The translations under genes and the position numbers were made by a program. This document shows, piece by piece, positions 17,084-26,515 of a stretch of DNA of 30,507 bases. Every line of letters begins with the position of its first letter. Within the stretch, counting starts at the first letter, position 1. The notes beneath the pieces were generated by a model. The model was given only the letters and a program-made list of their open reading frames with translations. It did not search any database and was not told where the DNA came from. Origin of the DNA: a virus. Taxonomy: Duplodnaviria; Caudoviricetes. Location: positions 1 through 30,507 of the IMG/VR virus record IMGVR_UViG_3300003969_000002; one strand, written 5' to 3'.

Positions 17084-17539
17084 TTACCTCGGGACCAGTG
17101 AGTCTTTGAGTGCGTTGCGCACTTCGTTGCGCACCAGCTCGCTTTTGTTTTGCAAGGCGATCTCCATAAAGTTGGCCCGTGCTGCCAGCCCTGTCTTGGG
17201 GCTACCGTAGAACAGGAATGCGGGGTAGAACACGCTGCCCTTGATGGTGCGCGGGCCTACCTTCACCCAGCCGCCTTTGGTGCCTCGGGTGATGGTGCCG
17301 ATGGATCGCACCAAGCGGCCGGTGCTTTGGCCGGGGATCTCACCGGCCTTGGACACCACACCACGGCGGGCCAGCAGCCGGCGCGCTTCTTTGCGCACAT
17401 GGTTTGCACCCTGGTTAAGGGCGCGCCGCATTTTCTTGCGGTCGTAGTCAATGACCTTGTGGAACTGCAGGCCCACATCCATACGCAGGCCGCTGATGTC
17501 GTTGCCGGTCACAAAGCGGTCTTTGCTGAGTTTGCTCAT
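17084..17539 (-). CDS. Neck protein, HK97 gp10-like
   Basis: Basic protein with STGRLVRSI, FYPAFLFYG and ARANFM motifs; synteny. Confidence 0.78.
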   Translation of the reverse strand: MSKLSKDRFVTGNDISGLRMDVGLQFHKVIDYDRKKMRRALNQGANHVRKEARRLLARRGVVSKAGEIPGQSTGRLVRSIGTITRGTKGGWVKVGPRTIKGSVFYPAFLFYGSPKTGLAARANFMEIALQNKSELVRNEVRNALKDSLVPR

Positions 17540-17889
17540 GCGATGGGCCCCAAGTCTTTGGCGGTGATGCGGGTGAAGCGGTGCTGGTCATCGACATCGA
17601 TGCTGTCCAGCAGCCTGTACCGGCGGCCGGCGAAGTCGATCACGTGCGAGCTGGTGAGGTCGGTGGGCTTGGTGCCGGTGCCCCAGCGCACCCAGAAGAG
17701 GTCGGTGGGCTCCTCGCCAGTGTTCTGCCCTGCCCGGATCGCCAGGCTGTGGATGGGCTCTTTTTTGGCCCAGCGGGGGATGCCTGCGTCATAGGTTTCA
17801 TCAACGCCGAAGGAAGCGTTGGGCACGTCGCTTCGCAAGCGGATCTGGATGCGGCGGTTGAGCTCGCCGTCTTGTGGCATGGTGGCCAT
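17536..17889 (-). CDS. Head closure/head-tail adaptor (SPP1 gp16-like)
   Basis: GELNRRIQI...WA motif, size and synteny. Confidence 0.8.
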   Translation of the reverse strand: MATMPQDGELNRRIQIRLRSDVPNASFGVDETYDAGIPRWAKKEPIHSLAIRAGQNTGEEPTDLFWVRWGTGTKPTDLTSSHVIDFAGRRYRLLDSIDVDDQHRFTRITAKDLGPIA

Positions 17890-17903
17890 GGCTGCCTCCC
17901 GCG

Positions 17904-18467
17904 TTAACCGTAAACGATGTAGTAATCCAGCAGGCTGGCGGCAAAGTCGTGCGGGATGGCTTTGGTGTCACCCGTGAGGCCACCGTGGCGATACAGCTCG
18001 CTGACTGCCAAGAGCACCCAGCTGCGGATGGGCATGGGGATGGCTGCAGCTGCAGCGCCATACCCGGCGGTGTAGTCCACCACCACCGCGTTGATCCGGT
18101 CGAGGGTGGCGGGCCAGGCTTTGCCGTAGGCCGGCACCACGTAGCCGGGTTCGCTCACATCGTCCAGCAGGTAGTCAGTCGGGCTGAGGGTGCGCTCTAC
18201 ACCCGCTTCATCCAAGTACTTCACGCTGGCCACAGCAAGGGCGCGCGGGTTAGGCAGGCGCAGGGCTGGCGAAAAAGCATCTACCGTGAGGCGCCAGCTG
18301 GTGGTGCACAGGGTGCGGCCGGTGCGATCTTCGGCAGCGGTGCGGGCGGTCTCCAGATAGCCGGTGATGAGCGCGTCCTGGTCATTGTGGTCCACACGCA
18401 GGTGGGCTTTGACTTCGGCAAGCGACCAAGGCTCAGCACTGGGGGCACTGGTGCGAATGGCGGGCAT
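17904..18467 (-). CDS. Head-tail connector (HK97 gp6/SPP1 gp15-like)
   Basis: EPWSLAEVKAHLRVDHNDQDALI and YTAGYG motifs. Confidence 0.9.
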   Translation of the reverse strand: MPAIRTSAPSAEPWSLAEVKAHLRVDHNDQDALITGYLETARTAAEDRTGRTLCTTSWRLTVDAFSPALRLPNPRALAVASVKYLDEAGVERTLSPTDYLLDDVSEPGYVVPAYGKAWPATLDRINAVVVDYTAGYGAAAAAIPMPIRSWVLLAVSELYRHGGLTGDTKAIPHDFAASLLDYYIVYG

Positions 18468-18473
18468 GGGTGG

Positions 18474-18677
18474 TTACCTTCTACGGGTAGTGGTCTGGGT
18501 GGGGCGGGTGCTGCCTGCCTGCATGGGGCGTGCACTGATGGCGGTGGCGGCACGGTGGGTTTCGCCCTGCCCTGCCCGCTGGGTAGCGAGCTGGGTGCGG
18601 TGAAAGCCCGGACCGGCCGGTGCAAACGTATAGACAGGGCCTTGCGGGCCCCGCCTGAGCAGCAGTAACAGCAGCAC
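18474..18677 (-). CDS. Small basic protein with a poly-Leu N-terminus (67 aa)
   Basis: GTG start with AGGAG RBS; tightly packed between its neighbours. Confidence 0.6.
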   Translation of the reverse strand: MLLLLLLRRGPQGPVYTFAPAGPGFHRTQLATQRAGQGETHRAATAISARPMQAGSTRPTQTTTRRR

Positions 18678-18681
18678 TGGC

Positions 18682-18819
18682 TTACTCCTGCACCGGCTCG
18701 GCAGGCTGCTCGGTTGGGCACTCGTGGTGCTTCACCGTGCCATCGGGCTCGGTGATGTGCGCTTCAGTGTTCGTGTTCACTGGCCGGTTGCAAAGTGGGC
18801 AGATAGGTAGTTCGGTCAT
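18682..18819 (-). CDS. 45-aa putative zinc-finger microprotein (not in the ORF track)
   Basis: MTELPICPLCNRPVNTNTEAHITEPDGTVKHHECPTEQPAEPVQE with CxxC...HxxC; starts 2 nt after the upstream stop. Confidence 0.65.
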   Translation of the reverse strand: MTELPICPLCNRPVNTNTEAHITEPDGTVKHHECPTEQPAEPVQE

Positions 18820-18821
18820 AG

Positions 18822-20264
18822 TCAGTTTGCGATCAGGAATGTGCTGATGGAAAAACGAGCCTGCGGCGCTGCGCCGTTCGTAAAGCCCGCACGCATATAG
18901 CGCCAGCTGGGACGATGGATGATCTCCGCGTATTGACCCCCGCCAGCCACCGCTGCCGTTGGTACGGCTTTGATGCGTCGCCAGTTACTAGTGCCGTTCA
19001 GGCTGACTTCTAGCCATAGCGTTCCTGCCTGATCGCTTTCGGCGGATATGCGAACCTCTTTGGGGAATGTGCTGGCATTGTTGAAGCCAGTTCCACTTGC
19101 TGTGACTGTTATGTCTCGTGCTGTACCGGTAAAGGTTGCATTTGCAGCCAGTACGGTGGAACTATCGTCGTAACCAACCCCTGCAGAGGTGATAAATCCA
19201 ATACGCGCGGTGCTTGCGGCCAAACCTCCGGCATGGGTGATTGGCTGGTTACCGGTGACCTGCACGATTGGCACCGGCTCTGTAGCGTAGGTGCCCTGTT
19301 TAATGATGTAGGTTGCCGAGCCCGATGTATGGGCGGTGGCCCGAACGCGTATCCATTTGTACGCGTTAACAGACGCCTCCCAACCATAAGCAGGTGTCGC
19401 AGCCAATACGCCTGTGGCTGCGTCTGCTGTGTTGGCGTTGGAACGGGCGGCCTGAAAGTTGTACCAAGTCCCATCGCTGCCGTTTGTCGAGTTGTTGCTG
19501 TACTCGAAAATGGAGTTGTGCCCGACCAGAGAGGCGCCAACCATCGAAATAGTGACGTTGCTGGCACGGTCTACGTTGGCAAATACAGTCTGCCCGCTGG
19601 CTGAAATGACTCCAGTTGTGTCGGGGTAACTGGCGGGCTGACTGGATACCTTGAGTCGCGCATTCTCATCGAAGTTGAACCCTGCGTAGTCACCATCTGC
19701 AACGATGGTGGTGTCGCTGTCGCGTCGCTTTCCAAGAATGAAGATGCCCTTATCACCATCGCTGAAGGGGCTATTGGATGCGCGCACTGCGCTTGCCAGC
19801 GATGACCACTGCGACAAGCCGCGCTTGATCAAGGCGATGAGGCTGAAGGTGCCGCTGTCGTCAGTGGCCGGGGCGTTGTCGGGTTCGCCTAGGCTGGCTG
19901 CATTCACCGGCACAGGATTGGCACGGAGCTGCTGATCGGTAAGGCCGGGGGCCACCATGTTGGAGACGGTGACGTTCTCCAGCGCTGCCAGGCTGGGCGC
20001 GTCCAGCGCAACTGTGCCTGCAATCGCACCGGTGTTGACTGCGGTGGTTTTGGCGTTCAGTGCCTCGGCAGCTGCCTGGATGGCTTGCGCGGCGGTGAGC
20101 AGCGCGGTAACGGTTGCCTCGGTTGCCAGATCCAACGGCTGGCCGCTTGCAGGATCGACCACAGCGACAGCCTGAGTCTCCACCACATCCGGACCCTCGG
20201 TACGCGTGAACACGTCCACCTTGCGGGTGTTGTCTTCGGCGTCTTTAATTGGTACGTTGGACAT
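18822..20264 (-). CDS. Putative head fibre/decoration protein (480 aa)
   Basis: Located between capsid and connector genes; Ala-rich stalk followed by two related beta-rich modules. Confidence 0.65.
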   Translation of the reverse strand: MSNVPIKDAEDNTRKVDVFTRTEGPDVVETQAVAVVDPASGQPLDLATEATVTALLTAAQAIQAAAEALNAKTTAVNTGAIAGTVALDAPSLAALENVTVSNMVAPGLTDQQLRANPVPVNAASLGEPDNAPATDDSGTFSLIALIKRGLSQWSSLASAVRASNSPFSDGDKGIFILGKRRDSDTTIVADGDYAGFNFDENARLKVSSQPASYPDTTGVISASGQTVFANVDRASNVTISMVGASLVGHNSIFEYSNNSTNGSDGTWYNFQAARSNANTADAATGVLAATPAYGWEASVNAYKWIRVRATAHTSGSATYIIKQGTYATEPVPIVQVTGNQPITHAGGLAASTARIGFITSAGVGYDDSSTVLAANATFTGTARDITVTASGTGFNNASTFPKEVRISAESDQAGTLWLEVSLNGTSNWRRIKAVPTAAVAGGGQYAEIIHRPSWRYMRAGFTNGAAPQARFSISTFLIAN

Positions 20265-20322
20265 GGTGGGCTTGAGTGAGTTTTGAGCGGGTTGAAACTG
20301 GTGTCGGCGGGTTTGCTCTGCA

Positions 20323-20347
20323 ATGCACTCCAGCGGGTGGAGTGCAT
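20323..20347. promoter_or_regulatory. Intergenic hairpin
   Basis: ATGCACTCCA-GCGGG-TGGAGTGCAT, a perfect 10-bp stem without a U tract. Confidence 0.55.
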
Positions 20348-20366
20348 CACGCAGCAGTGCGCGGGG

Positions 20367-20696
20367 TTAGCCTTCGGACTTGAGGGACGAGGCGTAGGCG
20401 ACAGCGGCTTTGCTGCTGTCAATCTGGCCTTCGCTTTCAAGGCCCTTGACCAGGTCGGCGGCAACGTCGATCACGTCATTGGCTTTGCCCAAGCTGCCAT
20501 CCAGAAGCACGCGGGCTTTGACGGTCTTGGTCTTGGACACAACCGCTGCAGCTTCTTCTTTGGCGCTACCTTCAGCGATCAGCTTGTCGGCCAAGTCGTC
20601 AGGTGCTTCGAAGGGTTGGCCAACAGCGATCTCTTTGGAGTCAGCTGCAAGGATGCCGGCCGCAATGACAGCCAGCGCGATGAGTTTCTTTGTCAT
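20367..20696 (-). CDS. Capsid-adjacent small protein (lambda gpFI-like position; two repeats)
   Basis: Directly after the capsid gene; GQPFEAPDDLADKLIAEG and NDVIDVAADLVKGLESEG repeats. Confidence 0.7.
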   Translation of the reverse strand: MTKKLIALAVIAAGILAADSKEIAVGQPFEAPDDLADKLIAEGSAKEEAAAVVSKTKTVKARVLLDGSLGKANDVIDVAADLVKGLESEGQIDSSKAAVAYASSLKSEG

Positions 20697-20726
20697 GTAA
20701 ATGATTCCGAAAAAACGGGTTGAGGG

Positions 20727-20749
20727 CCGGGCACGGCGTGCGTGCCCGG
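20727..20749. promoter_or_regulatory. Hairpin after the capsid gene (possible mRNA stabiliser)
   Basis: CCGGGCACG-N5-CGTGCCCGG. Confidence 0.55.
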
Positions 20750-20767
20750 ATCTGCCTAAGAGTGCGC

Positions 20768-21970
20768 TTAGGTGGCGCTGTTCTGGTAGAACTTGACGGC
20801 GGCTGTGTCCAGCAAGTTGCCGCCGGTGCGCTGCCAGCCGCAGAAGCCCACTTGGCCGTTGAGGGCGAAAGCGGAGTCATCAAAGCGGCGGATGGCGGTG
20901 GAGCCGGCCACATCGCGGATGGTGTACTGCTTGTGGTCACCAAACAGGATGGACTTGGCGTTAGCAGCCATGGCTGGCACGTCATCGTTGATCACGATCG
21001 GCTTGCCCATCAACAAGTCGGGCGCGTCTTGCGTGATGCCTGCTTCGTAGCCAGGGGTGAAGATCGGACGGCCTGCGGTGTCCTTGATCTTGCGGATGTT
21101 GCGCAAGGATGTATCTGCCATGCTGAAGGCCGCACCGCGGCGGTAGGCGCGGTTGACGCTGTAGAACAGGTCTGCCAGGTCGTCGTAAATGACGCTCAGG
21201 GTTTGACCTGTGGTGCCCACCTTGCCTGCGGATGCGCGGTTCACAATGCCCCATGGCTGGCCGGTACCGGTGCCGATGGTGTAGTGCTTGTTGGTGATGC
21301 GACCCAGGCGTGTGGCCAAGCGGTTCACCACAAAGGCAACAACATCAATGGCGGAGTCTTGGATCAGCTCAACCGGCAAAGCGATTTTCTTGGAGCTGTA
21401 CCTGAACGGGTTGAGCGGCACGTTGCTGAAGGTGATTTCACCAGTGGTGGCCGGCGCGTTTTCGCCAACGATTTCGCCTTCTTCCGCTGTGCCATCACTT
21501 GCGGGGTAGGTCAAGGCGTTGCCGGACTCAGTTGGCAGGATTGTTGCCACGTCGCGCATACCGCCATATGCCTTGAGGGCATCGATAACCATCTTGGAGA
21601 CTTCGGAGGGAACGGTGAAACCACCCTCAGCGCCAGTGGTGGTGCTCATCGCGTTGCGGATGGCCACCGCTTGCTCGGGAGTCACGTTGTTGCCGTGACG
21701 CATGTACAAGGCCACAGCAGCGAGGCTGCTGACATCGCCCTCCACCACCTTAGTGCCGGGTTTTTGTGTGAAGACATTGTCGGCCTCGGCGTCCAGCAGG
21801 CGCTGGTGGGCGTTGATCTGGGCGGCAACGCGCTCCATCTCATCCATCAGACCGTCGTACTTGGTCTGGTCTTCCTTTGTCCAGGTCTGCTCGCCTTTTT
21901 CAGCGAGGATTTGGTTGGCTTGGCGGGCGAGTTCGATTTTGCGCTCGCGCAGTGCTTGAATGCTCTTCAT
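20768..21970 (-). CDS. Major capsid protein, HK97 fold
   Basis: Coiled-coil delta domain, EGGFTVP, ELIQDS, GTGTGQPWGI, KDTAGRPI and ILFGD motifs. Confidence 0.96.
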   Translation of the reverse strand: MKSIQALRERKIELARQANQILAEKGEQTWTKEDQTKYDGLMDEMERVAAQINAHQRLLDAEADNVFTQKPGTKVVEGDVSSLAAVALYMRHGNNVTPEQAVAIRNAMSTTTGAEGGFTVPSEVSKMVIDALKAYGGMRDVATILPTESGNALTYPASDGTAEEGEIVGENAPATTGEITFSNVPLNPFRYSSKKIALPVELIQDSAIDVVAFVVNRLATRLGRITNKHYTIGTGTGQPWGIVNRASAGKVGTTGQTLSVIYDDLADLFYSVNRAYRRGAAFSMADTSLRNIRKIKDTAGRPIFTPGYEAGITQDAPDLLMGKPIVINDDVPAMAANAKSILFGDHKQYTIRDVAGSTAIRRFDDSAFALNGQVGFCGWQRTGGNLLDTAAVKFYQNSAT

Positions 21971-21999
21971 GGGGTTTCCTTAAAAAGTGAGCAACAAAT

Positions 22000-22021
22000 A
22001 AAAAAGCCGCCCGAAGGCGGC
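22000..22021 (-). terminator. Terminator-like hairpin upstream of the capsid gene
   Basis: Minus strand reads GCCGCC-TTCG-GGCGGC-T6, with a C(UUCG)G tetraloop. Confidence 0.8.
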
Positions 22022-22046
22022 AGGGTTCGCTGATGCGGCGAGCGCT

Positions 22047-22787
22047 TCAGGCGTTCTGCAGAAGACGCAGGCGGCGCTCGTTGCGAGCGCGCTGTGCTTC
22101 AAAGTCGGGGGCGGTGTCTGGCTGCTTGGCCTCCAGCAAAGCCTTGGGGGCTTTGTCGTAGGCTGTGAGGTTCCAAGTCTTTGCCTGGGCGCGGTTTTCA
22201 GTCTTGTCCGGCAGCGCGGCCAAGCGGGTGGCAAAGCCGTTGGCCACCGCTTCGTCAGCGCTGAACCACGTTTCGGCATCCATCCATGCGGCGATCTCGA
22301 CCGACGTTTTGCCGGTGCGGGCTGCGTAGTCGGCAATGATTGCGGCATCGACCTTAGCCAGCAGCTCCACGGTTCTTGCCAGCTCGGACTTGTCGCCCAT
22401 GGCGTAGGTCCAGCCGTTGTGGATCATGTAAAAGCCGCCCTGGGTGATCTCGATCTCATCGGCGGCATCGGCAATGCTGGTGGCTGCGCTGGCTGCCAGC
22501 CCATCAATGTGAGCAATGGTCTTGCCCTTGAACTGCTGGATGGCTGTGCGGATGGCGCGGCCTTCAAACACATCACCGCCCGGAGAGTTGATGCGCAGGT
22601 GCAACGTGGTGCTGGGGTCCAGCGCGGCGATGGTGGGAGCGATCTGCGATGCGGAGACACCCCACCAGGCATCGATCACGTCGTACACGTAGAGCGTGGC
22701 CTCGCTGCCTGATTCGTTGCGTATCAGGTTGAGTGGCTTGCGCTCTGTAGCTGCGTTGTCGCGCAGGAATTGCAATAGTTTTTTCAT
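22047..22787 (-). CDS. Head maturation protease, ClpP-like
   Basis: RINSPGGDVFEG, DGLAASAAT, MIHN and ETWFSADEA motifs. Confidence 0.95.
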   Translation of the reverse strand: MKKLLQFLRDNAATERKPLNLIRNESGSEATLYVYDVIDAWWGVSASQIAPTIAALDPSTTLHLRINSPGGDVFEGRAIRTAIQQFKGKTIAHIDGLAASAATSIADAADEIEITQGGFYMIHNGWTYAMGDKSELARTVELLAKVDAAIIADYAARTGKTSVEIAAWMDAETWFSADEAVANGFATRLAALPDKTENRAQAKTWNLTAYDKAPKALLEAKQPDTAPDFEAQRARNERRLRLLQNA

Positions 22788-24112
22788 GGCTTGGGTTCTC
22801 CAGTGCCGGTCGGTTTGGTGTTGGTTGTGGGTATGAACAGCTTGGCGGCTTCACCACCCAACGGGGGCAAGTGGCGAGTCTTGCGAACTTCGTCGACTGT
22901 CATCCAGCCGGGTCCGCTGCCGGGGCCACCGATGGCCGCGCGGTTGTATTCGCTCTGGGCTTTGCTGTTGCCTTCCATCAAGGCATCTCGGAAGAACTCC
23001 ATGTAAAAGCGCCGCGATCGCGGGTAGATCTTTCGATTGAGCTCTTGCTCCATCCGGCGGAGGTGCTGGTTGACGGTGAACGCTACAAAGGCACGACTCA
23101 TTTCTTCAAGACCGCTGCCCCAGCTGGTGCTAGCGCTGGTCTCACCGATCAGGTGAGGCGGCACGCCAAACGCACGGGCAATGTCCACCACCTGATACTT
23201 GCGGCTCTCCAGAAGCTGAGCGTCTTCGGCGCTCATGCTGAGGTTGCTGGCCTTGAGGCCTTCGGTCAGCACCAACGGAAGCCGGTGGGCGTTATCCATT
23301 CCCGAGTACTTGGCAATGAAAGCCATCTGCAGGCTGGTGATCTGATCAGGCTTCATGCCTTTATCAGAGCTAAGCACGATACTGGGGTGCGCACCGCCAC
23401 CAAAGAACTTGCCGCTGTACTCATCCATGGCCATGGCATTGCCTGTGGCATTGCGGGCGGCATATGAGATGACGCTCTTGGCACGAATGCCATCAAATCC
23501 GAATCCAGGGAAGTGGAGGATGTCGTCCTGGTCGGCACCGTAAGTCGAGATGTCGTTGACGTAGTACTTGAGCCGGCCGGAGCCCTTGTATCTCTCAACC
23601 AGAATTGCGCTCCATGGAATGGGCACAAGCTCCTTGATTGCACCACTGTTGCTGCGCCCGATGAAGGCAAAGCCGCTTTCCTTGAGCAACATGTCGGAGA
23701 TCACTTGCTCCCACATACTGGCGGACGTCCACGCGGCAGTGGGCGACTCATTGAACAAGTACCACTTGTCCTCATCCTCTACAGGCCTACGCCCTTTTTC
23801 CGTGCGCTCGTAGATGTTGATCGGCATGCTGGTGACAGCACCAGTGATCCGTTGCACGCAGGCTGCGACAGCCGACACGCGCATGGCGGAGTCAGGTGTC
23901 ACATGCATGCCTGAAGCACCAGGCCGCACGCCGAAGAAGTCCAAGATATCGGCAGAGCTGTTGGCGGTGCTGACGGTTGCAGCGTTTTCCACCTGAGGCA
24001 CTGCCTGAGACTGCTCCGCTTCACGCGTGGGGCGCAATGCATTCATGATTGCACCGCCTAAATCGGCGGCACGATCACGAACGGCGCTCCATGTAGTGGG
24101 TTGAGTTTTCAC
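22784..24112 (-). CDS. Portal protein, HK97 family
   Basis: AMRVSAVAACV, DILHF, DAQLLESRK and IARAFGVPPHLIG motifs. Start is uncertain (GTG 24112 overlaps the terminase stop). Confidence 0.95.
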   Translation of the reverse strand: MKTQPTTWSAVRDRAADLGGAIMNALRPTREAEQSQAVPQVENAATVSTANSSADILDFFGVRPGASGMHVTPDSAMRVSAVAACVQRITGAVTSMPINIYERTEKGRRPVEDEDKWYLFNESPTAAWTSASMWEQVISDMLLKESGFAFIGRSNSGAIKELVPIPWSAILVERYKGSGRLKYYVNDISTYGADQDDILHFPGFGFDGIRAKSVISYAARNATGNAMAMDEYSGKFFGGGAHPSIVLSSDKGMKPDQITSLQMAFIAKYSGMDNAHRLPLVLTEGLKASNLSMSAEDAQLLESRKYQVVDIARAFGVPPHLIGETSASTSWGSGLEEMSRAFVAFTVNQHLRRMEQELNRKIYPRSRRFYMEFFRDALMEGNSKAQSEYNRAAIGGPGSGPGWMTVDEVRKTRHLPPLGGEAAKLFIPTTNTKPTGTGEPKP

Positions 24113-25830
24113 AGTATTACAAAGCCTTGTTGGATTTCATTGCTCTCTACAGTCGCCAGTGCGCGGCCCAGCGACATCAGCATGGCCATGGGGCCGTCGA
24201 TCTTGTTTTCGGGTCGCTCTTTGGTCGGCGCCATCAGCTCGTTGAACTTGGACTGCTTTACCACCAGGTTGCTCACCATCCAGGCCATCACAGGGTTGCC
24301 TTCGTGCTGCAGTGTCCCCTCGCGCACCATGTTCTCCACCTGGATCAACACCGGGGTGAAGAAGACTGAGCGCTGCGAGATCTCAACCAGTGGCAGGCCT
24401 TCCTCGATCAACTTGCCCGCGAAGTACATAGACAACGCCGGGTCAAAGGCGATCTCCTGCACATCAAAGCGCCGGCAGTACTTGCGCATGTCGTCTGCCA
24501 CGACATCGAAGTCGGTCAGATCGCCATCAGTCACGACCACATAGCCCTGCCGGGCCCAGCCGGCCAGGTGGGCGTTGCCGCTCTCCTGGATCGCCAGCTC
24601 ATTCAAGTACAGACGTGTGCACACGCGCCACATGCGTTTGCGCTCAGGTGCGTAAACACCGTCTGCGCCTGACACCAGCACGTCCTCTTCCCAGGACAAC
24701 GTCAACGCAGCAAAGTCTTTTTTCTGCGCTAGATCCAGGCCCATGTAAAGCTTGACGCCGTCGGGGATGGTTTCGATGCTGACCTCTTTGCTTCCGCAGC
24801 GGTCCCAGGCGCGCATGTCCATCCATGGGCTCTCACCAGATACCCAGACATTCAAGCGCTTTGTCAGGAAGTTGCTCAGCGCACTGGGCATCGCCTGGGC
24901 CTTGCTGGCCTGCGCCTTCAGCTCATCGAGCTGCACTGACTTGTTTAAGTTTGGATTGGCCTTGATCCACACAGCCGGGTCAAAGTGGTCATCACCTTCG
25001 TCCAGCGTGTAGATGATCCCGAAGACACGGTCATCACTGATTACGCCATCCAAGATCTTTGTCACATGGGTGCGGCGCTCGTAGCAAATTCCACTGCGGT
25101 CGGTACCGGCTGTAGTAATTGTCCACAGCAACGATTGCTCACGGGCACCACGGGCACTATCGATCACGTCGTACACCGCCCGCGTCTTGTGCGCGTGCAG
25201 CTCATCCAGGAGCGCGAAGTGGACATTGAGACCGTCCAGCGTACTGCCCTCAGCCGCCAGCGGTGCCGCCTTGCTACTGGTGGCTGCAACCGTGAGGCTG
25301 TGCTGCATGATGGCCACACCTAAGTGGGTGCGCAAGCCAGGCGAACGCTCAGCCATCGCCTTGGCATCATCGAACACGATCCGAGCCTGATCACGAGTTG
25401 TAGCAGCTGTGTAGCACTCGGCACCGTGCTCACCATCGGCTGCCAACATGTAGAGCAGCAGACCAGATCCCTTGGCACTCTTGCCGTTCTTGCGGGCCTC
25501 TTCCTCGTAAGCTTCGAGGAACCTGCGCAGGCGCGTAATGTGATGCACCCAACCAAACACCGTGGTTAGGATGAAGCACTGCCAGGGCTCCAGCTCCAGC
25601 AAACGACCCTCGCGCGCCCACTTTCCCTTGATGTGGGGCAGCAGCTCAATAAAGGCGCAAGGGCGCGATGCCATGTCGGCATCGAACACCCAAGGCCAGT
25701 CCTCACTGGGCTCACGCAGCCGATCCTTTGCTTGGCGTTCGACCGCCAGCCGGGTCCACTTGCAAGTCGGGATAGTGCCGTCGAGGACATCGCGCATGTA
25801 TTGCTGCGCGCGTTCGACGTATAGGGTCAT
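24109..25830 (-). CDS. Terminase large subunit
   Basis: LEPWQ, ARKNGKS (Walker A), LLDELH (Walker B), ITTAG, GLDLA and KIDG motifs. Confidence 0.97.
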   Translation of the reverse strand: MTLYVERAQQYMRDVLDGTIPTCKWTRLAVERQAKDRLREPSEDWPWVFDADMASRPCAFIELLPHIKGKWAREGRLLELEPWQCFILTTVFGWVHHITRLRRFLEAYEEEARKNGKSAKGSGLLLYMLAADGEHGAECYTAATTRDQARIVFDDAKAMAERSPGLRTHLGVAIMQHSLTVAATSSKAAPLAAEGSTLDGLNVHFALLDELHAHKTRAVYDVIDSARGAREQSLLWTITTAGTDRSGICYERRTHVTKILDGVISDDRVFGIIYTLDEGDDHFDPAVWIKANPNLNKSVQLDELKAQASKAQAMPSALSNFLTKRLNVWVSGESPWMDMRAWDRCGSKEVSIETIPDGVKLYMGLDLAQKKDFAALTLSWEEDVLVSGADGVYAPERKRMWRVCTRLYLNELAIQESGNAHLAGWARQGYVVVTDGDLTDFDVVADDMRKYCRRFDVQEIAFDPALSMYFAGKLIEEGLPLVEISQRSVFFTPVLIQVENMVREGTLQHEGNPVMAWMVSNLVVKQSKFNELMAPTKERPENKIDGPMAMLMSLGRALATVESNEIQQGFVIL

Positions 25831-26393
25831 CGGTTCGGGTTTGTAAACATCGCGAAGCCAGTCGGCTGCGCTGCGGGCTTCGGATCAATACCGGGCAGCG
25901 TAGGCTGCACGTAGTTACTTGCCTGGACGCGGCCGCGTGCTGCAGGGCTCAGACCGAAGTGCATCAGGTAGCGGTTGACTTGATCGCGGTGTTTGCCAAT
26001 CAGTTGAACGATCACGCTCTGCTGTGCGTAGCCGGAAGGAGTCACCGAATAGCTGGCCTTGTAGACCGCATCGGCATAGGGCAGTTTGTCGTCGGACACC
26101 AGACGGTCAACCTGTCCATTGAAAGCTGTCTCCAGCTCGGAAAGCCTGCCGACAGCTTGGCAGTAAAGCGCGAGCGCCGCCCGATCAAGGCCACTGACCA
26201 ATCCAAGCTCCACCAGGATCGGTGTGATTCGTTTCCACTCCTTGCGAGCTTCCTGCCCCAAGTGCTTAGGCGCACTGGGCACTTCGATCTTTGGGTTTAC
26301 TCCAGCAGATAAGTCGAGTGCCCGCTTGCCCGCATTTCCTTCAAGCAGCCGGAGCGCGGTGGGCTTCGGCAGCGGTCCGCGTGTTCCAGTCAT
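25827..26393 (-). CDS. Terminase small subunit, P27 family
   Basis: RGPLPKPTALRLLEGN, APKHL...EWKRI and FGLSPAAR motifs; ATG 26393 with GAAGGA RBS. Confidence 0.93.
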   Translation of the reverse strand: MTGTRGPLPKPTALRLLEGNAGKRALDLSAGVNPKIEVPSAPKHLGQEARKEWKRITPILVELGLVSGLDRAALALYCQAVGRLSELETAFNGQVDRLVSDDKLPYADAVYKASYSVTPSGYAQQSVIVQLIGKHRDQVNRYLMHFGLSPAARGRVQASNYVQPTLPGIDPKPAAQPTGFAMFTNPNR

Positions 26394-26419
26394 GGTCTTT
26401 TCCTTCGGGGATAGGCATC

Positions 26420-26515
26420 GTGGGGGTACCCCCCCCTCCAAAACCTGCGCATGTAAAAATTTGACTAAGCGGCCGGTTTCCGGTCTGTGGGTTCCAGACT
26501 TTTGACCACCCCCTA
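26420..26515. other. Putative cos/packaging-initiation region
   Basis: Lies between HNH and terS, where HK97/P27-type phages carry cos. Minus strand reads GGGGGTGGTCAAAAGTCT...ACCGGCCGC...AAATTTTT; palindrome GGGGGTACCCCC at 26422-26433. Confidence 0.6.
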
